A DNA stretch of 64,000 nt. Origin: Heptranchias perlo. Its lineage: Eukaryota. The translations under genes were made by a program, and so were the position numbers. Location of the stretch: contig NC_090325.1 in the NCBI RefSeq assembly GCF_035084215.1, positions 96,906,001 to 96,970,000 of the forward strand. The letters are read 5' to 3'. Positions 1 through 12,659 of the stretch are shown piece by piece. The first letter of the stretch is position 1. The number at the start of each line of letters is the position of its first letter. The notes beneath the pieces are model-generated. The model had not been told where the DNA came from and did not search any database. It was given only the letters and a program-made list of their open reading frames with translations.

Positions 1-289
1 GCGCTACACAGCTGAATTTCTAGCTCATTGTCTTCCCCCACCGCAAACTTTGTATGCTCCTCACCATTACAGGAAGAGAAATATGGGCGTAACTATTGTA
101 TATAATTGAGATTTTTAAAAATTGAATTAATATTATTTCTATTTCTTAATTTTTTCTTAATCATGGGGAGAAACTAATATGATTCCTAATTCAATAAATA
201 TGAATGAGTGAGTCCCATTTGATATCAGTTTCTCAAGTTCCATGCTGCCTGAATTTTGATTTGGAAAAAAAATAACTTTTCTTTATTGA

Positions 290-600
290 TTTACATTCTT
301 AACTATATCAGTTGGAACATTATGCTATGAAAATAACGATCCTTCTAAATAAATGGATTATCCTCAAACTAGTAAACAGCCAAAAATTTAATCTTGACCA
401 AACACTATTTTTGAATAATCAAAGTTATGTAAACCCTTCCTGTGCTCACATCAGCAGGCACAGATGGCTTCTCCTCAGGTTTCAGTAACAAGCTCTGTGA
501 GGATATGTCACAGTTGGTGTTACATATGTTTAACAAAGCCAGAACCAAAGAGCAACTACCTGACTCATTAAGTATGGCTTAAATTATAATGATGCCATTT
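290..600 (+). mobile_element. Ancient L1/Tx1-type LINE reverse transcriptase remnant
   Basis: Frame at ~455-590 reads AGTDGFSSGFSNKLCEDMSQLVLHMFNKARTKEQLPDSLSMA*IIMMP. This matches the L1/Tx1 PGxDGFxxEFY...MFN...LPxS...I.LIPK region preceding the RT core. It contains a stop. Confidence 0.6.
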
Positions 601-782
601 TTTGCTAACCTATTCACTTTTTCATCTATAAGTAATACTGATCAGAAGGGAATATGATGTATTTGCAAAAAATGTACTTAAAACACAAGTTTTTTAGACC
701 CAATTTTGTCATTATTAATATACTATTGACGTATCAAATATTAAGTTAAAAAGTGTGTCTCTTTCACCTTTTGAAAACCCAG

Positions 783-877
783 CCATATTAACATGGAAAC
801 AAGTCACAGAAAAGTGCAAAGTTCAGCAGAGAAATGCTTCTTACTATGTGAGAAGAGTAAAGATCCTCCAGAGAGAG
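783..877 (+). CDS. Putative internal coding exon of unidentified + strand gene A
   Basis: Pyrimidine tract + cccag acceptor (781-782) and G|gtagtt donor (878). Open frame HINMETSHRKVQSSAEKCFLLCEKSKDPPER, ending in phase 1, compatible with the next exon. A second frame is also open, so the frame is inferred from downstream phase consistency. Confidence 0.6.
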
Positions 878-1121
878 GTAGTTAAGGATTTATCTTTCTC
901 ATTAATATGAGATGCAAGAACCTAATGCAGCAAACAGACATGGATGCAGACCAAGAATATTTTTTGGGATGCTCACGGTGATTTACTTGGCTAGAGTTTT
1001 TGCATGTCTGTGCATTGTACAGATACGCATGTATTTGTAGAATTATAACAATGCATTGTAATGCATTTTTTTTCTTTAATATATGTTTGTAAACCAAAAC
1101 TGTTTCTATACTGGAATCTAG

Positions 1122-1240
1122 ATTTACATTCTGATGAGCATCAGCAATTTCTTTTAGCCATTCCATCAGATGAATCATCTGTTTTTTGTGATTTCTTCGA
1201 GAGGGATATTTTATCTTTTAATATTTTTGAGAAACCAAAA
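1122..1240 (+). CDS. Putative internal coding exon of gene A (alternative in-frame acceptor at 1158)
   Basis: Acceptors ctag|1122 and tttcttttag|1158, 36 nt apart in the same frame, and a strong donor AAA|gtaagc at 1241. Reads (DLHSDEHQQFLL)AIPSDESSVFCDFFERDILSFNIFEKPK, phase 1 in, phase 0 out. Confidence 0.7.
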
Positions 1241-1310
1241 GTAAGCCCACAGTGCAGAAAACCACAATATTTGATAGGATTAAAAGAAAAGTCAGCCAGG
1301 GTTCTCCTCC

Positions 1311-1770
1311 AACGACAATAACTTGCATTTCTATTGTATTTAATATAGAAAAACACCCCAAGGCTTTGATCAAAAAAACGGATGTCGATCTATAGAAGGA
1401 AATATTAGGAGGTGTGACCAAAAGCTTGTGAAAGAAGTGGGTTTGAAGGAGGGTCTTAAAAGAGGAGAGGCAGAGGGGTTTATGGAATATATTCCAGATT
1501 GTGGGGCCTAGGTGACTCAAGACATGGCTATAAATGGTCAGGAGAAGGGAGTGGGGGATAGACAAGAGACCAGAGTTGGAGAAATGGGGGTCGGGTTAGG
1601 GCCGGAGGAGGTTATTGAAATAGGGAGGGGCAAGAATGTGAAGGGGTTTAAACACAACAATAAGAATTTTAAATATGAGGTGTTGCGTTGCTGGGAGCCA
1701 ATGTAGGTCTGTGAGTGCAGGGGTATAGGTGTGCAGGATTTGGTATGGGATAGGATAGGATATGAGTTTT
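1311..1770 (-). mobile_element. L2 LINE 3' part (split by nested LINE insertion)
   Basis: Minus ORF ...LGPTIWNIFHKPLCLSSFKTLLQTHFF matches the C-terminus of the other L2 copies (e.g. 31126-31731). It continues at ~4418. Confidence 0.8.
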
Positions 1771-4417
1771 AATTTTTTTAATTAATTCTAGCAAGGCCAG
1801 CATTTATTGCCCATCTCTATTTGCCCTTAAGAAGGTGGTGGTGAGTTGCCTTCTTGAACTGCTGCAGTCCATGTGGTGAAGGTACTTCCGTAGTGCTGTT
1901 AGGTAGGGATTTCCAGGATTTTGACCCATCAACCTGCTGCCCTTGTTCTTCTCAGTGGTAGAGGTCGCCGGTTTGGGAGGTGCTGTCGAAAAAGCCTTGG
2001 CGAGTTGCTTCAGTGCATCCTGTAACAGTATTCCATCACACTCCTGACTTGTGCCTTGTAAGTGGTGGAAAGGCTTTGGGGAGTCAAGAGGTGAATCACT
2101 CACCACAGAATACCCAGCCTCTGACCTGCTCTTGTAGCCATAGTATTTATGCCCAGTATTTATTTCTGGTCAATGGTGACCACTAGGATGTTGATGGTGG
2201 GGGATTCGCCAATGGTACTGCTGTTGAATGTCAAGAGTTGGTTAGACTCGCTCTTGTTGGAGATGGTCATTGCCTGGCACTTGTCCGGCGTGAATGTTAC
2301 TTGCCACTTATCAGCCCAAGCCTGGATGTTGTCCAGGTCTTGCTGCATCCGGGTACAGACTGCTTCATTATCTGAGGGGTTGTGAATAGAACGGAAGACT
2401 GTGCAATCATTAGCGAACAGCCCCACTTCTGAACTTATGATGGAGCGAACGTCATTTATGAAGCAGCTGAAGATAGTTGAGCTTAGGACACTGCCCTGAG
2501 GAACTTCTGCAGCAATGCCCTGGGGCTGAGATGATTGGCCTCCAACAACCACAACTATCTTCCTTTGTGCTTGGTATGACTCCAGCCACCAAGAGTTTTT
2601 CCCCTGATCCCCAATAACCAGTTTTACTAGGGCTTCTTGGTGCTCCACTCAGTCGAAAGTTGCCTTTATGTCAAGGGCAGTCATTCTCACCTCACCTCTG
2701 GAATTCAGCTCTTTAGTCCATGTTTGGACCAAGGCTGTAATGAAGTCTGGAGCCGAGTGGTCCTAGCAGACCCCAAACTGAGCATCGGTGAGCAGGTTAT
2801 TGGTAAGTAAGTGCCACTTGATAGCACTGTCGACGACACCTCCCTTCACTTTGTTAATGATTGAGAGTAGACTGATGGGCCGGTAATTGGCCGGATTGGA
2901 TTTGTCCTGCTTCTTGTGGACTGGACATACCAGGGCAATTTTCCACTTTGTCGGATAGATGCCAGTGTTGTAGCTGAACTGGAACAACTTAGCTAGAGGC
3001 ATGTCTACTTCTAGAGCACAAGTCTTCAGCACTTCAGCGGGGATGTAGTCGGGGCCCAAAGCTTTTGCTGTATCCAGTGCACTCAGCCGTTTCTTGATAT
3101 CATGTGGAGTGAATTGAATTGGCTGAATACTGGCTTCTGTGATGGTGGGGATATTGGGAGGAGGCTGAGATGGATCATCCACTCAGCACTTTTGGCTGAA
3201 AATGATCGAGAATGCTTCAGTCTTGTCTTTTACACTTACGTGCTGGACTCTGCCATCATTGAGGATGCAAATGTTCATGGTGCCTCCTCCTCCAATTAAT
3301 CGCTTAATTGTCCACCACTATTCATGACTGGATATGACTGCAGATCTTTGATCTGATACATTGGTTGTGGGATCGCTGTGTCTATAGCATGCTGCTTTTG
3401 CCGTTTAGCATGCATGTAGTCCTGTGTTGTAGCTTCACCAGGTTGGCACCTTATTTTCAGATATTCCTGGTGCTGCTCTTGGCATGCTCTTCTACACTCC
3501 TCATTGAACCAGTGTTTTCGCCTGGCTTGATAGTAGTGGTGGAGTGAGGAATATGCTGGGCCATGAAGTTACAGATTGTGCTGGAATAGAATTCTGCTGC
3601 TGCTCATGGCCCACAGCGCCTCATGGATGCCCAGTTTTGAGCTGCTAGATCTGTTCTTAATCTATCCTATTTAGCACGGTGGTAGTGCCACACAACACGA
3701 TGGAGGGTGTCCTCAGTGTGAAGACGGGACTTCGTCTCCACAAGGACTGTGCAGTCCTACCGATACTATCATGCATCTGCAACAGGTAAATTGGTGAGGT
3801 CATGTAGGTTTTTCCCTCGTGTTGCTTCTCTCACCACCTGCCGCAGGCCCAGTCTGGCAGCTATGTTCTTCAGGACTCAGTCAGTAGTGGTGCTACCGAG
3901 CCACTCTTGGTGATGGACATTGAGATCCCCCACCCAGAGTACATTCTGTGCCCTTGCTCCCTTCAGTGCTTCTTCCAAGTAATGTTCAACATGGAGGAGG
4001 ACTGATTCATCAGCTGAGGGAGGGCGGTGGGTGATAATTAACAGGAGTTTTCCTTCCCCATGTTTGACCTGACGCCATGAGACTTCATGGGGTGTGGAGC
4101 CAATGTTGAGGACTCCCAGGGTCAATCCCTCCTTACTGTGCCACCATCTCTGGTGGGTCTGTCCTGCCGGTGGGACAGGGCATACCCAGGGTTGGTGATG
4201 GCGGAGTGTGGGACATTGGCTGATAGATATGATTCTGTAAGTATGATTATGTCAGGCTGTTGCTTGACAATCAGTGGGACTGCTCTCCCAACTTTGGCAC
4301 AAGTCCCCGAACGTTAGTGAGGAGAACTTTGCAGGGTCGACTGGGCTCGGTGTGCCTTTGTCATGTCCGAATCCAATGCCGAGGTTGATGCCGAGTAGTC
4401 CATCCAGTTTTATTCTT
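1771..4417 (-). mobile_element. CR1/Jockey-group non-LTR retrotransposon, family A, decayed copy (endonuclease + RT) nested in L2
   Basis: Minus ORF fragments NVLWVGDLNVHHQEWLGS (APE endonuclease), NYRPISLLS, VPQGSVL and FANDC (YADD region). It carries the same 3' tail as the other family A copies. Confidence 0.9.
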
Positions 4418-4760
4418 AAATATAGGATGGAAGATGGGAGGCCAGCCCAGAGAGCATTAGCATAGTCGAGACGGGGGGTGACAAAGGTATGGACGAGGTT
4501 TTCAGCAGCAGATGGGCTGAGGTAGGGGGGCAGGCGGGTAATTTAAGGAGGTGGAAGTAGGCGGTCTTTGTAATGGAAAGGAGATGGGGTCAGAAACTGA
4601 GCTCGGGGTCAAATAGGATGTCAAGGTTGCAAACAGTTTGGTTCAGCCTGAAACAGTGGCCGGAGAGAGGGGATGGTATCAATGGTAAGGGTGCAGAATT
4701 TGTAGCAGGCAACGAAGATGATGGCTTTGGTCCTCCCAATGTTTACTTGGAGGAAATTAC
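4418..4760 (-). mobile_element. L2 LINE, continuation of 1311-1770
   Basis: Resumes at ggaagatgggaggccagcc. Minus ORF NFLQVNIGRTKAIIF is typical of L2 RT. Confidence 0.8.
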
Positions 4761-6914
4761 AGCAGAGGAGGTGAGCAGCAGGAGCACGGTGCCCAGGTCT
4801 TGGCTGTGGGAAGCGTTTTAGTGACCTAACCAGGTCAGGAAAAGTGAGTATATTTTCTGAGACACCTACATCATGCATTGTGCAACACCCCCCTCTCACT
4901 CTGTGTTGCCTTGTCTACTCCATCACATAACTCCTCACACCCACTTAAGTTTCAGCAGCAATCATCCTTCACTTTCTATGCACTTCCTCAACTGCCCATT
5001 TATTCCCCCACCACTCCCACCCACCCCAATCCTGATGCAATGTGATGTATCTGTCTGACAGTCACCCTCTGATGTATCTCTTTCATGGTCAGCCTCACTG
5101 AAAGCAATTCATTCATACGGTGAATATGTCACCTTCAGTCAATCACAGGTCTGTTGTTTGTCCCTTTGTAGGACAAGAGAGAACAAGGGAGAGGATCAGA
5201 ACTGGAGGTGGTCCACCACACATAGTGGAGCTGACAGATGTGATGGAGGAAGCAATGGAGATAAATCAGACCATTGCATGTCTATACAATGGAGATGGAG
5301 AGCCTGGCAACCCGCAGATGGCTGGTGACAGAACTTTAACATCTTTCGCACAAATGATGAATTAATTTTATCAATGATGTAACTATGCCAGACCGCAGTA
5401 TGTTCATTGGAAATATTGTTACTTTCCAGATGAATAATTAATATTGGTTCCTGTTGTCTTCCAGGGCTTCATACCTTCAAGAAGAATGTGCCAAAATGGA
5501 AGAAAGCAATTCCTCAGAGGAAGAATAGAATGGGTCTATGTTGAGTAGAATGGGCCTATACTCTCTGGAGTTTAGAAGAATGAGAGGTGATCTCATAGAA
5601 ACATATAAGATTCTGAGGGGGCTTCACAGGGTAGATGCTGAGAGGTTGTTTCCCCTGGCTAGAGAGTCTAGAACTAGGGGGCATAGTCGCAGGATAAGAG
5701 GTCGGCCATTTAAGACTGAGATGAGGAGAAATTTCTTCACTCAGAAGGTTGTGAATCTTTGGAATTCTCTACCCCAGAGGGCTGTGGATGCTGAGCCGTT
5801 GAATATATTCAAGGCTGAGATAGATAGATTTTTGGACTCTAGAGGAATCAAGGGATATGGGGATCGGGCAGAAAAGTGGAGTTGAGGTTGAAGATTAGCC
5901 ATGATCTTATTGAATGGCGGAGCAGGCTCGAGGGGCTATATGGCTTACTCCTGCTCCTATTTCTTATGTTCTTATCTCATTTCTTCAGAGGATGCACCAT
6001 CACATCATATCCAGCCATGTACCAGCGCTGATCCTGGCACTTTGGTGGGTCATGTTAGACAGTTAGTTGGGTTGTCACCTGGTGATTCACCATTCACAAG
6101 TGAGCACGTGCAGACACTGGTGGCAGGGGCAACAATGGAGAGTCCGCGTCAGTGGCCGCACTCCTCTCCAAGCTCTGCTCAGCTGGAAGCAGATGCTGAA
6201 CCCCGGGGGCCATCGTTGAGAATGAGAATGATAGAGGTACAGCTGCACCTTTGCGAGGTACTGGAAAACATGCCACGCTCACTCTCCATAATAGCAGAGA
6301 GGATGGAAGATTCCAACTCCATCGCTAGTGGATTGTTGGTGCAGGTAATTGCGAGAATATCTGCGATGGAGAGAGTGGCAGCCTCCATTGAGCTTCAAGC
6401 ATGGTTCTCATACGAGTCCATGCAGGCCATGACAATGGCTATGCAGACTTTGGATGCCAGCATATCTGCCACCTTAAACAGGTTGACAGATACCTTATCC
6501 ATGATCTTACAAAGTGGCACATCTGCTCACCAACCTGCTGTCCAGCAGAGTGGTGAGAGTGATGTTGCGTTGGCCTGGGAGAGGGATGATGGCGAAAAGG
6601 GACATGGAAGTGGGGACTCCACTCAAAGCGCTCCCACGTTGCACCCGTTCCCCCGTCAACCAGTACCCACAATTCTGCCTCCTCTCCCGATAGCTGAGTC
6701 TGCCTTGGCACAGGTGGAACAGTCTTTGGTGGGACCCTCATGGGCTCCAAAGCCCAGAGGTCATAGGCCAAAAACATCTCAGCAGTCAGGGCAGGGATCT
6801 GAGCAATCTGTCACTACCTCTGCTGAAGACACAGGGGATGAACCATTTAAAAGCACTAGAAAGAGAAAAGCTAAGCAATTGTGGTTCACCGAGGGTATGC
6901 ACAAGGGTGTGTGA
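4761..6914 (+). pseudogene. Harbinger Myb/SANT-like DNA-binding (NAIF1/MSANTD-type) gene, 3 exons, decayed
   Basis: Exon remnant to 4843 (EEVSSRSTVPRSW...DLTRSGK|gtgagt). Exon 5172-5324 carries the RTGGGPP motif. Exon 5465-6914 is low-complexity/coiled-coil and is interrupted by a CR1. Confidence 0.8.
5521..5975 (+). mobile_element. CR1 LINE 3' fragment inserted in Harbinger Myb exon 3
   Basis: LYSLEFRRMRGDLIETYKI...FFTQKVVNLWNSLP and tail ttcttatgttcttat. Harbinger copy 2 shows the empty site (cctcagagg-acctcattcc at ~21058). Confidence 0.95.
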
Positions 6915-7224
6915 CGAGATATCATGTTGTTCATTTATATATTTTGTTTGTTATGGCACATGAAATGTAATCATTATCACCACTGCCACGTCTTGGTCGT
7001 TATTGCCTCATGTGTGTAAAATCACCATTTCATTTGTTTGATCATGAATGCCAAGACATGATGACACCCATTGGGCGGGTGGTCAATGGGTGTATGTGTG
7101 GGTGAAGGACGTTTTTGTGTAAACGGAGAGGTGGAGTGCGGGGGGTGGGGGGTTTGTGGTCGTTGGTGGCTGTGGTTGTTCCAGGCAGTCTGAGTATTTC
7201 AAAGTCTTCAATTTGCACATCTTA

Positions 7225-8420
7225 TTATGAGAAACTGTTGGAGATTAGGGAATCCCTGGCATCATGGCAGCAATATGTGCTGCTGCTCTGGCGATGGGTT
7301 CCCCATCTTCATTTTCCTCCTCCTCATCCTTCTCCCTTTCCTCTTCCTCAAAGTTGTCACCAGATGAAGATGCTTGATGAGCACCTTCGTCCTCCTCCAC
7401 CTGTAACCCTCTCTGCTACGATGTGCAGGACACAGAACATGATGATTATTCTGGAGATCCTCGTTGGCGAATACTGAAGGGCTCACCCAGATCGATCCAG
7501 GCACTGAAGCGCATCTTCAGCATTCCCATGGATTGTTCAATGACAGACCTGGTGGTGATGTGGCTCTGGTTGTACCGCTGTTGTGTCTCGTTGGTGGGGT
7601 TTCTCATAGGTATCATGAGCCACGTCTGCAGGGGGTATCCATCGTCTCCAACGAGCCAGCCCTTAAGTCTCTCATGTGTGGATGAGGGCTGGGATGTTGG
7701 ACTCGTGCAAAATGAATGAATCATGACAGCTGCCAGGGAATTTGACACACACCTGCAGAAACCTCTTCCGATGGTCACAAACCAGCTGTGCATTGATGGA
7801 GTGATTTCCCTTTCAGTTGATGAACAGTCCTGATTTATGTGCAGGTCCTCATATTGCTACATGTGTGCAATCAATTGTGCCCTGCACTCGTGGGAAACCA
7901 GCCAGAGAGTTGAAACCCACTGCACTCTCAGTCTGGCTGATGTTGTTGCAGGGGAAGCTCACAAGTCAGATGCGCTGGAAAACAAGCCACCTGTCGTATT
8001 CACTTATGTGCAGACGACTGTCACACTCTGGAGATGTCACCGGTGGCTCCCTGGAAGGATCCAGAGGTGAAGAAATTGAGGGCAGTGGTAACTTGAACTG
8101 TGACAGGCAATGCGTGGCCACCAGGCCCAGCTGGGAGCAGCTCTGCATGAAGGAGCCTGCAGATATCTGTGACCACCTGGCAACTCAATCAGAGCCTTCG
8201 TAGGCAGTGCTCCCCAGGAAGCTCAGCCTCTGCCTGTAGACCCTTTCATTTGGGTAGTGCCTCCTGCGACCTCGGCTCCTCCATTGGTCCCTTCTCTGCT
8301 CTTCTCCAGGTCCTTGGTGCGCACCTCTGGCTTGTTCGGCTGCAGATCCCAGTACTGCACGACATGCCTGCCACGGATGATCATGTGTCTGCTCCTCAGA
8401 TGTACCGTGGAATACATTCA
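7225..8420 (-). pseudogene. Harbinger (HARBI1-like, DDE_Tnp_4) transposase, frameshifted
   Basis: [52 protein letters not shown]. Upstream [16 protein letters not shown] is readable on the minus strand near 7850-7900. Confidence 0.9.
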
Positions 8421-9499
8421 TTGCACCCCCCCCCCCTCATCCTGATCTTGTCAGTTTGAGGGGCTCCAAAATGTTGGTAAATTTATCTGTAAACAAGGTT
8501 TCTCAGTCTCAACAAAGAACTCTCAGTCTAAACACAAAGAACGCCCAGTCAAATGTTTGTCTGAGAGAACTGCAATACCTCACCTTTTATTACGACGTGT
8601 CAATCACTGGTTTAAAGGGCCAAATGAGCTTTGACTGCAACTCGCCTCCGCTCCTATGGTGTGTTTCAGAAGCCATTGGAGACATGTTCAGGAGTAGTTA
8701 AATCCATTTCTGTTTCAGATTGCACAAAAAGTTAAATATCTCAACTGTTTAAAGTACCTAAATTGGCCCTCTGACTATCGGCCCGCTGGTTTTAAGTGGG
8801 GACAGGACTTCCAGGTTCCTGTCGCATGCGCTCGGGTTAAACCTGGAAGTGGGTGCGTTGGAGCTTAGATGCGGTCCCACTCCAAAAAGCAACTATTTTT
8901 ACTGCCCACCCATCCCCAACCCACCCGTTCTTGGGGCTTAAAATTATCCTCAATGTATCAGGAGTCCACATAAGAAGGTAATAGCTGGCATTAAAAGAAT
9001 TGAGCAAAATGTAGGACAAGTTGTTTGTTCACAGATGTGATCAGCCTCTTTAAGATGTGTTGTTACTCTGGCATTCCTTGGAAATATCTAAAATTATTGT
9101 ACACCAAGCTTCTTTAGTGGCACCACTAATTTCTCATTGACATTTTCATCCTCTTACTCTGTCTATGGATTTGTCATTCTGGTCATTGAATTACATGCTG
9201 AGGCCTCTTTTCAGGACAAAATTTGAAAGCAAGGTTCAGATAACAATTATTTTGCAAACCATGAAGGTTTTGTACTATGACGCTGCCCCAATTAATCTAA
9301 ACATCTGAAGTACTGCATCAAGATACTATCAATGTGTTCAATAATAATTCTGGTTGTAGCATGAGTTTTATTATACCTGCATTTTGATTTTGTTTGTGCT
9401 TGACACATGGATGTCATGAGTCATGGCTGCACAAGGTAAACTTGGTTTCACTAGAATCATACTTCTGTTCTTTATTCTCCTTTAAATAAAGATAGTACA

Positions 9500-10150
9500 G
9501 ATGTTTGGCCAATCATGCTAGCTTTGGGGAAGCTAGCATGATTCTGTGCACACCTACTGGATATTGAGAGAATAAAATTCCTTTCAGAATTAAAGGGCAC
9601 AATATTGTGTACAGGTGTGTGATTGGTAATGTGGTGCAGTGAATGACTCTTGTCTCCAGTAAAGCAAGCAATTCTCTGGAATTGTGCTGACTTCTCAGAT
9701 TGCTGCTATCAGGCAGTGGTTTAAATGATTGAATCCTTGGCCATATTGAATAATGTATCTGTCACCTCCTTGAGACATCTTTGGACTGCAAACTGGTCAA
9801 CAGTAAGATGTCCTCAATGCTAGCATGGAAAGAGTCCAATGCATAAAAATTGAGGGCAATGATACATGTTGTGCAGTTGTCTTCCTGCAGAAGATGGCAC
9901 AGCTCTGTTATTTTTTTCCTGCTAAACCTTAGCCTCCTTAAGCACATTTCTCCTGTTAATGGATAGATAGCTGGCCCTGGTACAGTACAGCAATAAGTAA
10001 CAGAGGGGTGGGACTTGATGGTATGTCTTGTGTACTACCTAATATCATGAGTAGCCCTTTCTTGCTCTTGCTGGTCCTCTGTTACCAAGTCCAGTGCTTG
10101 TGGTGCACAGAGTGCAATCCCCATGGGGTGCAAAAAGCTGGAACGTGAAA
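9500..10150 (-). mobile_element. Older, highly decayed Harbinger transposase remnant
   Basis: ORF 9762-9947 CLRRLRFSRKKITELCHLLQED...ALNFYALDSFHASIEDI matches the HARBI1-type N-terminal region. Confidence 0.7.
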
Positions 10151-10657
10151 AGAAAATTTGCAACAGCTCACATTTAAATGGAGGTTCTCCCTGCAGTGTC
10201 TCCAATAATGTCATTTAAGTGATCTGAACACATTAAATGAGCATTGCAATAGTATATTAATGGTATTAATGGTACTCATGTGCTCAATCTGCCAGTTTAA
10301 TTGGTCAGTTGTACATACCGAACATGTTAGCAGTCAACTTAAAAGTTCTTCCCACTGTAATTTTAATACAGGGAAATGGATGGTATGTGAGCCCTATACC
10401 ACAGTCTCAACAGTAGGGATAATGATCATACTTTTCACATCAGCATAAGGATTAACAGTTACTGCAATTTCTAGGCTACAGTAACATTTTTCAAACAGAA
10501 GACCACCAGTCAATCTAGCCTACCCATTCAATCATTCCTTTTCTTTTTTCCGAGATATCTTTGTTATTATTTATAAAGTTTAATAACCATGAGTCCCTTC
10601 AGATGCCAGGAATTTCCTTTTTGAAATTCCAGAAGTTACCTGTCCAACATCCTTTTG

Positions 10658-11115
10658 TAGAATAGAATTATACAGCAAAGAAGGAGGCCATTCGGCCCAT
10701 CGTGCCTGTGCCAGCTCTTTGAAAGAACTACCCAATTTAGTCCCACTCCTCTGCTCTTTCCCGAAAGCCCTGCAAATTTCTCCTTTTCAAGTATATATCC
10801 AATTCCCTTTTGAAAGTTACCATTGAAACTGCTTCCACCATCTTTCCAGGTAGTGCATTCCAGATCACAACAACATGCTGCATAAAGAAATTGTCCTCAT
10901 TTCCTTCCTGGATTTTTTGCTAATTATCTTAAATCTGTGTCCTCTGTTACAATCTAAACATTTTAAATCTACGACTTTTTTTTTAATTGGCGATTTAGTT
11001 TTTGTTATCTTGAATCTATGCTACAGGTTCTGGATTTTAGTATATGAAAAATATTGTATCTGTTTTAATTTAGCAAGATCCTTCATAACTTTGATAACTT
11101 TTATCAAGCCTCCAC
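10658..11115 (-). mobile_element. CR1 LINE 3' fragment
   Basis: Reverse-complement CR1 3'UTR (gaaggaggccattcggcccatc) and WNALP region. Similar to 63230-63535. Confidence 0.8.
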
Positions 11116-11744
11116 TTATTGGAGTAAATTTTCATCTTCGTCGCCTGGGTGGTAATCTGGCAAAGCATTATTTTTTACAAGACGTGATGTGATGGACAGA
11201 AAAAGAGGTTGGAGGCTTGGAGTGAGAGAGGGATCACCAATAAGGTAGCAAACCTTTCCTTGTATTCCATCTAGGAGTGTGCGAGAGATGGTAAAACAGC
11301 CTCCCTGGATATGGAGGCATTATACAAGTCTTAGATACGAGCTTTATAGAGAGCCAAGAACTATTGAAGGGAAAAGAAATGTTTGGCATGGGAGGAGGGA
11401 CTGAGGTTTTTGGGACAGCTTTAGCAATGGAGGAGATGTCGGAGTTTTGCTTACGGTCAAATGAGATAATAATACCTGGAATGTTGATAAAGGTGGAGCC
11501 ATCAGAGGTGACAGGTGACAGCTGTTGATCAGAAACATGGAAAGGCTGTAATTTTCAATAGAACCAACCAAAATCACAGGTAGGATTCATTCAAGGTACA
11601 TTGCCAAATCTGAGGTATGAAAACTTCTATGCCAACTAAAATAATCGCCACAGACTGATGAGTCAGAAGAGTAAATGCAACAGTTGGACCAAGGCAAAGT
11701 AACCAAAATTCCCAGTTGATTCACAGTTCTGACCATCACTGTTG

Positions 11745-11830
11745 GCTGTTTTGAACTCACATTCTCTGGATTATTAGACCAGGCCTCTGCATTACTAGTC
11801 CAGTAATATAACTACTACGCTATCGTAGCC
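11745..11830 (-). mobile_element. tRNA-derived SINE 5' head fragment
   Basis: Minus strand has an A-box-like TAGCGTAGTAG and a B-box-like GAGTTCAAAAC. The body is truncated. Confidence 0.5.
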
Positions 11831-11859
11831 TATACATAACTACAACGCTATAATGCAGA

Positions 11860-12500
11860 TTCAGTAGAATGCTGCCTGGTATGAAGAAATATAAATACTA
11901 AGAAAGGCTTGAAAAATTGGGTCTGTTTTTCAGAGAAATAACACAGTTTATGGGGCAACATGATAGGAGCGTTTAAAAGTATGGAAGGATGGGACAGGGT
12001 AGATAGAAGCAGACTGCTTTCAGTTGTTGAGCGGTCTAGAATGAGGGGCCACAGATACAAGATTAAATGTAAGAGAGTTAGAACAAAGAAACTTGCTTAC
12101 ACAGAGAGTTGTGAGGCTGTGCAATTTACTTCCAGGGTTAGTGGTTGAGGCAGAAACTATGTCAACATTCAAGATTAGATTGGATAGGTGGCTAAAGGAA
12201 AAGGGGATAAAGGGATAAAACAGGTATGGAAGTTGGTGGGACTTGGATTAGTATCTCATGGTCATTGTGATCTCTTGGAACTTGTTTTTGATTGCCTTAG
12301 GGGAAAGGAGAGGAATTTCCCAGATCTCCTTTTCTGTGAATTGGCCTGTTTTTTAAAATCTTTTTTTAGCCTCTCCCAGGAAATTACACAACTGGTAATG
12401 AGAGAAAATGCTGGGAGTCACAATGTTTTGTTGCATCGTGACAGTTTGGATCAGGCTCGATGGACCAGCTGGTCTTTTCCTGTCCATCTTTTTGTATGTC
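11860..12500 (+). mobile_element. Old CR1 LINE 3' fragment
   Basis: FKSMEGWDRVDRSRLLSV...RMRGHRYKI followed by a CR1-type 3'UTR. Confidence 0.75.
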
Positions 12501-12517
12501 CATTTGATGTGGGAACA

Positions 12518-12659
12518 TTCAAGGATAGATATTGGCCAGGACACCTGGGAGAACTCCCTTGCTCTTCTTCAAAATAGTGCTATGGGATCTTTTACGTCCA
12601 CCTGAGAGGGCACACTCGGTTGAAAGATGACACCTCCAACAGTGCAGCACTCCCTCAGT
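12518..12659 (-). mobile_element. DeuSINE (SacSINE1/AmnSINE1-type Deu domain) fragment
   Basis: ggccaggacacc..ggagaactccc..gctcttcttc.aaatagtgc.atgggatcttttacgtccacctgagagggc is the reverse complement of the Deu core, recognised from memory of the family. Confidence 0.75.

Larger units (their letters stand above)
4761..8951. mobile_element. PIF/Harbinger DNA transposon copy 1 (left end missing), two-gene type
   Basis: + strand spliced Myb/SANT-like gene and - strand DDE transposase. Right terminus ...ggggcttaaaattatcctc is homologous to the end of copy 2 at 26044. Colinear with 20300-26044. Confidence 0.9.

Noticed and set aside
450-571. Possible additional upstream exon of gene A (cag...gtatgg)
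   Set aside because: It translates as an L1/Tx1 RT remnant, and its phase does not fit the preferred frame of exon 783-877.
7225-8420. Domesticated HARBI1 gene
   Set aside because: Frameshifted and deleted, inside a multi-copy element with a terminal repeat, so it is a transposon relic.
11745-11830. tRNA gene
   Set aside because: A/B boxes are present but there is no convincing cloverleaf. It is better explained as a SINE head.
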